A stretch of 64,000 nucleotides of DNA from Promethearchaeota archaeon (GTDB lineage Archaea; Asgardarchaeota; Lokiarchaeia; Sigyniarchaeales; SOKP01). The stretch lies in the NCBI GenBank assembly GCA_011364925.1, contig RDOA01000007.1:1-64000 (forward strand), written 5' to 3'. The stretch's first letter is position 1; each line of letters opens with the position of its first letter. Below the pieces are notes generated by a model. It had not been told where the DNA came from. It worked only from the letters and a program-made list of their open reading frames with translations, and made no database searches. Below are positions 58,900 through 64,000 of the stretch, piece after piece. A program made the translations under genes and the position numbers.

Positions 58900-59484
58900 A
58901 TGTCAGATATGAATATAGAAGTTTATTATTTTGAGAAGGGAGGACCCCAAAATACAGATAAAGCATTGGAAGTAGCGAAAAAATATGCTCAACAATTTGG
59001 TGTAAAGGATATAATAATTGCTAGCACAACAGGGATGACAGCTCAAAAAGCTAAAGACGTGTTTGATCTTGACAAATTCAAACTTATAATCGTAACTCAT
59101 TCGTATTTTTTTGGTGGACCAAACAAGAGGCAGGAGTTTCCCGAAGATTTGATTGAAAGTTTGAAAAAAGAAGGTTTAATAGTGTTTTCCGCAACACACG
59201 CTTTTGCGTCAATAGAAAGAAGCTTTCGAGTGTCTTTAAAGCAGTGGGCACCTGTTGAACTAATGGCGAAATACCTAAGAGAAAATTTTAGCCAAGGCGT
59301 CAAAGTTTGCATGGAAATTGCAACTATGGTTTCTGATGCGGGATTAATTTCGAATCTTGAAGATGACATCATTTGTATAGGTGGGACGGGAAGAGGAGCG
59401 GATACTGTCTGTCTGATTAAACCTGCAACTACCAGCTTATTCCATGAATTAAGAGTTAAAGCAATTCTTGCAAAACCACTGTAA
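58900..59484 (+). CDS. Pyruvate-kinase C-terminal-like domain protein (archaeal COG1751-like)
   Basis: YFEKGGPQNT, IASTTGMTA, QGVKVCMEIATMVSDAG and GGTGRGADT. Confidence 0.85.
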   Translation: MSDMNIEVYYFEKGGPQNTDKALEVAKKYAQQFGVKDIIIASTTGMTAQKAKDVFDLDKFKLIIVTHSYFFGGPNKRQEFPEDLIESLKKEGLIVFSATHAFASIERSFRVSLKQWAPVELMAKYLRENFSQGVKVCMEIATMVSDAGLISNLEDDIICIGGTGRGADTVCLIKPATTSLFHELRVKAILAKPL

Positions 59485-59580
59485 TTATAAGAATAAAATA
59501 AAAATTAAAGTATAATTAACTTTTTTTCCAAATTTCATTATTATATCCAGTCAAAAAAAATTTTATTCTCAAAATCATAA

Positions 59581-60573
59581 ATGAGTACTATGGGTAAAAA
59601 AATAAAGTGGGGAATCTTAGGTTGTGGAAAAATTGCCCATAAATTCGCTGAAGGATTAAAAGTAATTCCTGATGCAATATTAGAAGCTGTTGCGTCAAGA
59701 ACGGAAGGAAAAGCTGAAAACTTTGGAAAATTATTTGGAGTAGAAAATAGGTATGATAACTATGAAGATCTGGTAGAAAACGCCGAAATAGATGTTATAT
59801 ATATTGCAACAACTCATAATTTTCATCATGAGAATGCATTACTCTGTTTAAACCACGGAAAACCGGTTCTATGTGAAAAGCCTATTACACTGAACGCTAC
59901 ACAAACGGAGGACCTAATTAACTCTGCTCGTAGTAATAATTTATTTTTAATGGAAGCAATGTGGATGAGATTTATACCATGTATAGTTAAATTAAAGGAA
60001 CTTTTAGAGCAAGGTATAATTGGAGAAATTAAGCATCTAACAGCTAATTTTGGAATTAAAAAGGAATTGGATTCTAAAATTCGGTCGTTTAACCCTGATT
60101 TAGGTGGTGGCGCATTACTTGACCTTGGAATTTATCCAATTTCATTTGCTAGAATGGTTTACAAGCAACCTCCTTCAAAGATACAAAGTAGTGCCTATAT
60201 TGGAACAACATCAGTCGATGAAAAATCTTGTTATTTATTTGAATACGAAGATGGACAGACTGCTATGCTCTCTTCTTCGCATAGATTAATTATGCCACAC
60301 GATGCTTTCATTTATGGAACTAAAGGATATATACAAGTTCCTGACTTCTATCACCCTTCAGAAATGATTCTGAAATTAGAAGGCGATAAAAAGAAAACGA
60401 TTAATGTACCTTTTAAATCTACGGGTTATAATTACGAAGCTATGGAAGTCATGCATTGTCTTAATACTGGAAAACTCGAAAGCATTCTCATGCCTTTAGA
60501 TGAAACTTTAGAAATTATGAAAACTATGGATACATTACGTTCTCAATGGCATTTAAAATATCCAGGAGAATGA
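59581..60573 (+). CDS. Gfo/Idh/MocA-family oxidoreductase
   Basis: WGILGCGKIA, VLCEKP, MEAMW and GGGALLDLGIY. Confidence 0.93.
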   Translation: MSTMGKKIKWGILGCGKIAHKFAEGLKVIPDAILEAVASRTEGKAENFGKLFGVENRYDNYEDLVENAEIDVIYIATTHNFHHENALLCLNHGKPVLCEKPITLNATQTEDLINSARSNNLFLMEAMWMRFIPCIVKLKELLEQGIIGEIKHLTANFGIKKELDSKIRSFNPDLGGGALLDLGIYPISFARMVYKQPPSKIQSSAYIGTTSVDEKSCYLFEYEDGQTAMLSSSHRLIMPHDAFIYGTKGYIQVPDFYHPSEMILKLEGDKKKTINVPFKSTGYNYEAMEVMHCLNTGKLESILMPLDETLEIMKTMDTLRSQWHLKYPGE

Positions 60574-60591
60574 ACCTAAGGGGGAATTCCA

Positions 60592-60981
60592 TTGAAAATA
60601 GAACATATTGCTATTTGGGTTAAAGACTTAGAAAAGATGAAAATTTTTTATGAAACTTATTTTAATGCAAAATCAAATGAGAAATACTTCAATAATACCA
60701 ACAAATTTTCATCGTATTTCTTAACCTTTGAAGGTGTGACAAGATTGGAACTTATGCAAATGCCCTCAATTCCAGAGTCATCAAATAATCCATATATACA
60801 ATCGATGGGTTTAGTTCATCTCGCAATCTCTGCAGGATCTAAGGAAAAAGTGATTAATTTGACTAAACGTTTGGCTAATGACGGCTACGAAATATTAGAT
60901 GGTCCAAGATATACAGGTGATGGTTATTTCGAAAGTACGGTATTAGATCCCGAAAACAATCGAATTGAAATTACTGTATAA
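60592..60981 (+). CDS. VOC/glyoxalase-family protein
   Basis: IEHIAIWVKDLE, RLELM, HLAIS and GDGYFES...DPENNRIE. Confidence 0.9.
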   Translation: MKIEHIAIWVKDLEKMKIFYETYFNAKSNEKYFNNTNKFSSYFLTFEGVTRLELMQMPSIPESSNNPYIQSMGLVHLAISAGSKEKVINLTKRLANDGYEILDGPRYTGDGYFESTVLDPENNRIEITV

Positions 60982-61018
60982 TTTGAGACATTAATAAAAT
61001 TAGAATAGGATTTTATTT

Positions 61019-62137
61019 TTATTTTCGAGATTCGTAATATGTGTTTTCTCCAGTTTCTTTGTTAAAGAAATGAAGTTTTTCTTCATCAAAAATAAGATTA
61101 ACTACGTCATTGATCTTAAAGTTTTCAATATTTCTGATAAGTGCTATTATTCTCTCCTCTTCTACTTTTAGATGAACTTCGAATTCTCTCCCAGTTAGCT
61201 CAATAATCTCAATGGTTGCCTTAATTGAGTTATCAGATTCATTTTTAGACAACTTAATATCTTCAGGTCGAATACCTAAAACGATTTCTTTGCCCTTCAA
61301 TTCTTTTACGATACTGAATTCACTAGGTACTTTATAATTTATCTTCTTTGTAGTAAAATATACTGTTCCATTTTCTTCTTTCACAGATCCATCAATTAAA
61401 TTCATTGGAGGACTTCCAATAAATCCAGCGACGAATAAATTTTTTGGAAGGTCAAATATCGTTTGTGGTTTGTCGATTTGTTCAATTTCTCCCTTATTCA
61501 AAATAGCTATTCTATCTCCTAAAGACATAGCCTCAATTTGATCGTGGGTTACGTATATAGTAGTTATGCCCAATCTTCGATGCAATTTTTTTAGTTCTGC
61601 TCGAGCAAATATTCTCAGTTTTGCATCGAGATTTGAAAGAGGTTCATCCATCAGGAACGCGTTAGGTTCCCTTACAATTGCTCTTGCTAAAGCTACTCTT
61701 TGTCTTTGACCTCCGCTGAGTTGCTTTGGTTTTCTGTCTAAAAGCTCTTCTATCCCCAAACTTTTTGCGGTAGAGTGAACTAATTTCTCAATTTCTTTCT
61801 TATCCATATTCTTTATTTCTAAGGGAAATGCTATATTTTTAAAAACCGTCATATGGGGATATATTGCGTAGTCTTGAAAAACCATCGCAACATTTCTATC
61901 CTGAGGTCTTTCGTAATAGTTTTTTTCCGCACTAGTAACAATTTGTTCGTCAAACCATATTTCACCTTCTTCAGGTTTAATCAATCCAGCAATGCACAAA
62001 AGGGTAGTTGTTTTTCCGCATCCAGAGGGACCTAATAAAATAAATAATTCTGAGTTTTTTATATCTATATCAACATTATTTACAGCATTACTTTCTCCAT
62101 ATTTTTTAACTAAGTTACTTATTCTTATATTTGTCAA
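61019..62137 (-). CDS. Sugar ABC transporter ATP-binding protein (MalK-like)
   Basis: GPSGCGKT, VFQDYA, LSGGQRQR, MDEPLSNLD, YVTHDQ and LGIRPED. Confidence 0.95.
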   Translation of the reverse strand: MTNIRISNLVKKYGESNAVNNVDIDIKNSELFILLGPSGCGKTTTLLCIAGLIKPEEGEIWFDEQIVTSAEKNYYERPQDRNVAMVFQDYAIYPHMTVFKNIAFPLEIKNMDKKEIEKLVHSTAKSLGIEELLDRKPKQLSGGQRQRVALARAIVREPNAFLMDEPLSNLDAKLRIFARAELKKLHRRLGITTIYVTHDQIEAMSLGDRIAILNKGEIEQIDKPQTIFDLPKNLFVAGFIGSPPMNLIDGSVKEENGTVYFTTKKINYKVPSEFSIVKELKGKEIVLGIRPEDIKLSKNESDNSIKATIEIIELTGREFEVHLKVEEERIIALIRNIENFKINDVVNLIFDEEKLHFFNKETGENTYYESRK

Positions 62138-62147
62138 AATATCACCT

Positions 62148-62933
62148 CTATCCTTTAACTGCTCCCGCCATTAGACCTTGCATTAGATATTTTCCTAATA
62201 ATACAAAAATTATAATAACTGGTAGTGAATAGAGAAACGATCCTGCCATTACATTATTCCATGCCGTTTCTGTACTCCCTGCTATATTGGAAAGTGCAAA
62301 TGAAGCAGGTTCAAAATTTATATTTGTTAATGTTAATGCAAATAGATAATCATTCCAAATGCTAGTAAATTGAAATACTCCTGCGACGACGAATGGTAAT
62401 GGAGATAATGGTAAAATAATTCGTTGATAAATTGTCATAATTCCTGCTCCATCAACTTTTGCCGCCTTAAAAAGACTTTCTGGAATGGATTCATAATAAC
62501 TTCTAAATAGAAGAGTAGTCATCGGTATTCCGTAGATAGTATGAACTAAAACCATGACCCATAGTGAATCATATATCCCTAGATTTCTTATTGTGATAAA
62601 AAGAGGAATTATAATGGATTGATAAGGTAGGAAGATTCCTATTGTTAATAGTAAAAATACTGTGTTTGATCCTCTAAATTTTAACTTTGCCACTACAAAT
62701 CCACAAATCGATCCGAGTAAACAAGATAAGATTGTAGCAATAGAAGTAAACAGTATAGAATTAAATAAGGGTCCTATTAATTCGTTATAGGATGCTATAA
62801 AACCATCAAATACTAAAGTGGTTGGTGGTGCGAAAGGTAAAGTCTGTGCTAAATCTGCTTGAGTCTTAAGGGCAGACATAATACCTGACCATAATGGTAA
62901 AATCATTATTATCGCAATTATTATTAAAATCAA
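62148..62933 (-). CDS. Carbohydrate ABC transporter permease (MalG-like)
   Basis: IPESLFKAAKVDGAG EAA loop and FTSIWNDYL; the frame stays open to 62978, so the start may be slightly upstream. Confidence 0.9.
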   Translation of the reverse strand: MILIIIAIIMILPLWSGIMSALKTQADLAQTLPFAPPTTLVFDGFIASYNELIGPLFNSILFTSIATILSCLLGSICGFVVAKLKFRGSNTVFLLLTIGIFLPYQSIIIPLFITIRNLGIYDSLWVMVLVHTIYGIPMTTLLFRSYYESIPESLFKAAKVDGAGIMTIYQRIILPLSPLPFVVAGVFQFTSIWNDYLFALTLTNINFEPASFALSNIAGSTETAWNNVMAGSFLYSLPVIIIFVLLGKYLMQGLMAGAVKG

Positions 62934-63069
62934 GTAAAGGATCGAATGTTTTGTTAACGTCGCAATAATAAAATTAAGTTAAATTAGAGATAGAATATTA
63001 GAACAAAGAAATTAAATTATATTTTTTTTAAAAGAAATTATTAATAACAAAAATAAATAAAAAAATGAA

Positions 63070-63999
63070 TTAAATAATATCTAACTTCTTTCCAACTTTC
63101 TCTATTGCGTTTAAAGCCATGTTTAAATCGTCTTTTGTTAACAAAGCATTCATTTGAACACGAATTCTTGATAATTCTCTCGCAACCATAGGGAAAACTA
63201 TTGGAGTTCCATAAATGCCTTCATCTTCGAAAAGAACTCTTGCCAATTCTTGCGCTTTCCCAGGATCTCCAATAATCAAGGGAATTATAGGAGTTGATGA
63301 GTTTCCAGTATCATATCCCATACTTTGAACTTCTTTCTTAAAATAATTAGTATTCTCCCAGACTCTTTTTACATGTTGAGGTTCAGTTTCAACTACATCA
63401 ATCGAAGCAATGTTAGCGGCTACTACACCTGGAGGATGTGCTGTACTAAGTAAATAAGTTCTACTTTTATTTGCGCAAAATTCGATTAAATCTTTTGAGC
63501 CAGCAACAGTCCCTCCGAACACTCCAAAACCTTTACTCATCGATCCACCTTCTACATGAACTTTCCCTTGTAGATTAAAATGAGCAACTATACCACGCCC
63601 TTCCCCAAGTACACCTTCCCCGTGGCAATCATCTACAAAAATCATGGCTCCAAATTCCTCTGCAACTTGTGCGATACCGTCTAATGGAGCCATATCTCCA
63701 TCCATTGAGAAAACTCCATCAGTGATAATACAAATTCTACGAGCACTTTCCTTTTCCGCTTCTTTTAGTTGATTTTCTAAGTCTCCAACATCGGTGTGTT
63801 TATAAATAATTCTTTTTGCTCCAGATAACCTAACACCATCGATTATTGACCCGTGATTTAATTCGTCTGAAACCACAATATCGGGTTTTCCAACTAACAT
63901 AGGAATTAACCCAGAATTAACAGCAAAACCGGTCTGGCATAAAAGCGATGCCTCAACCTCTTTAAATTTCGCAAATCTTTCTTGAAATTCTTTTGTTAA
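63070..63999 (-). CDS. kbl: Glycine C-acetyltransferase / AONS-family PLP enzyme (5' end beyond window)
   Basis: SDELNHGSIIDG, ITDGVFSMDGD, VDDCHGEG, SMSKGFG and RIRVQM; frame open to the window edge. Confidence 0.85.
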   Translation of the reverse strand, partial: LTKEFQERFAKFKEVEASLLCQTGFAVNSGLIPMLVGKPDIVVSDELNHGSIIDGVRLSGAKRIIYKHTDVGDLENQLKEAEKESARRICIITDGVFSMDGDMAPLDGIAQVAEEFGAMIFVDDCHGEGVLGEGRGIVAHFNLQGKVHVEGGSMSKGFGVFGGTVAGSKDLIEFCANKSRTYLLSTAHPPGVVAANIASIDVVETEPQHVKRVWENTNYFKKEVQSMGYDTGNSSTPIIPLIIGDPGKAQELARVLFEDEGIYGTPIVFPMVARELSRIRVQMNALLTKDDLNMALNAIEKVGKKLDII

Positions 64000-64000
64000 G

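Noticed and set aside
1-64000. CRISPR arrays, IS elements, integrases, rRNA, inteins
   Set aside because: No regularly spaced repeats, transposase or recombinase motifs, GC-rich rRNA-like tracts or intein splice motifs seen

Overview
This AT-rich, gene-dense window is most consistent with an Asgard archaeon (Lokiarchaeia-like). The evidence is a gelsolin-domain protein, five small GTPases, several longin and roadblock domains, an archaeosortase, archaeal L13e, UPF0147 and a BHB-intron tRNA. There is no rRNA, CRISPR array or transposase. The left ~43 kb mixes housekeeping genes with many eukaryote-like signalling genes; the right ~21 kb is mostly catabolic enzymes, Fe-S proteins and transporters. 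The best candidate for an undescribed system is a small-GTPase circuit resembling a fused, ancestral Rag / FLCN-GATOR1 / Ragulator module (17-28 kb). Four GTPases carry an N-terminal uDENN/longin domain: three keep an FLCN/SMCR8-like 'xRG' arginine-finger loop and one has lost it. Nearby are a Rag/Arf-like GTPase, a Zn-ribbon-roadblock protein, a longin-wHTH protein and a single-pass CUB-TM-longin-wHTH receptor-like protein. Also visible directly in the sequence: a tRNA-Pro(CGG) with a non-canonical 25/26 intron, a synonymously diverged second copy of the ppsA 5' end and promoter flanking an inserted gene, four genes that appear to start at ATT, an L13e-HhH fusion, three stand-alone 7TM proteins, and a palindromic operator plus A15 tract at a wHTH gene. 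All family assignments are by eye from motifs; no searches were run.
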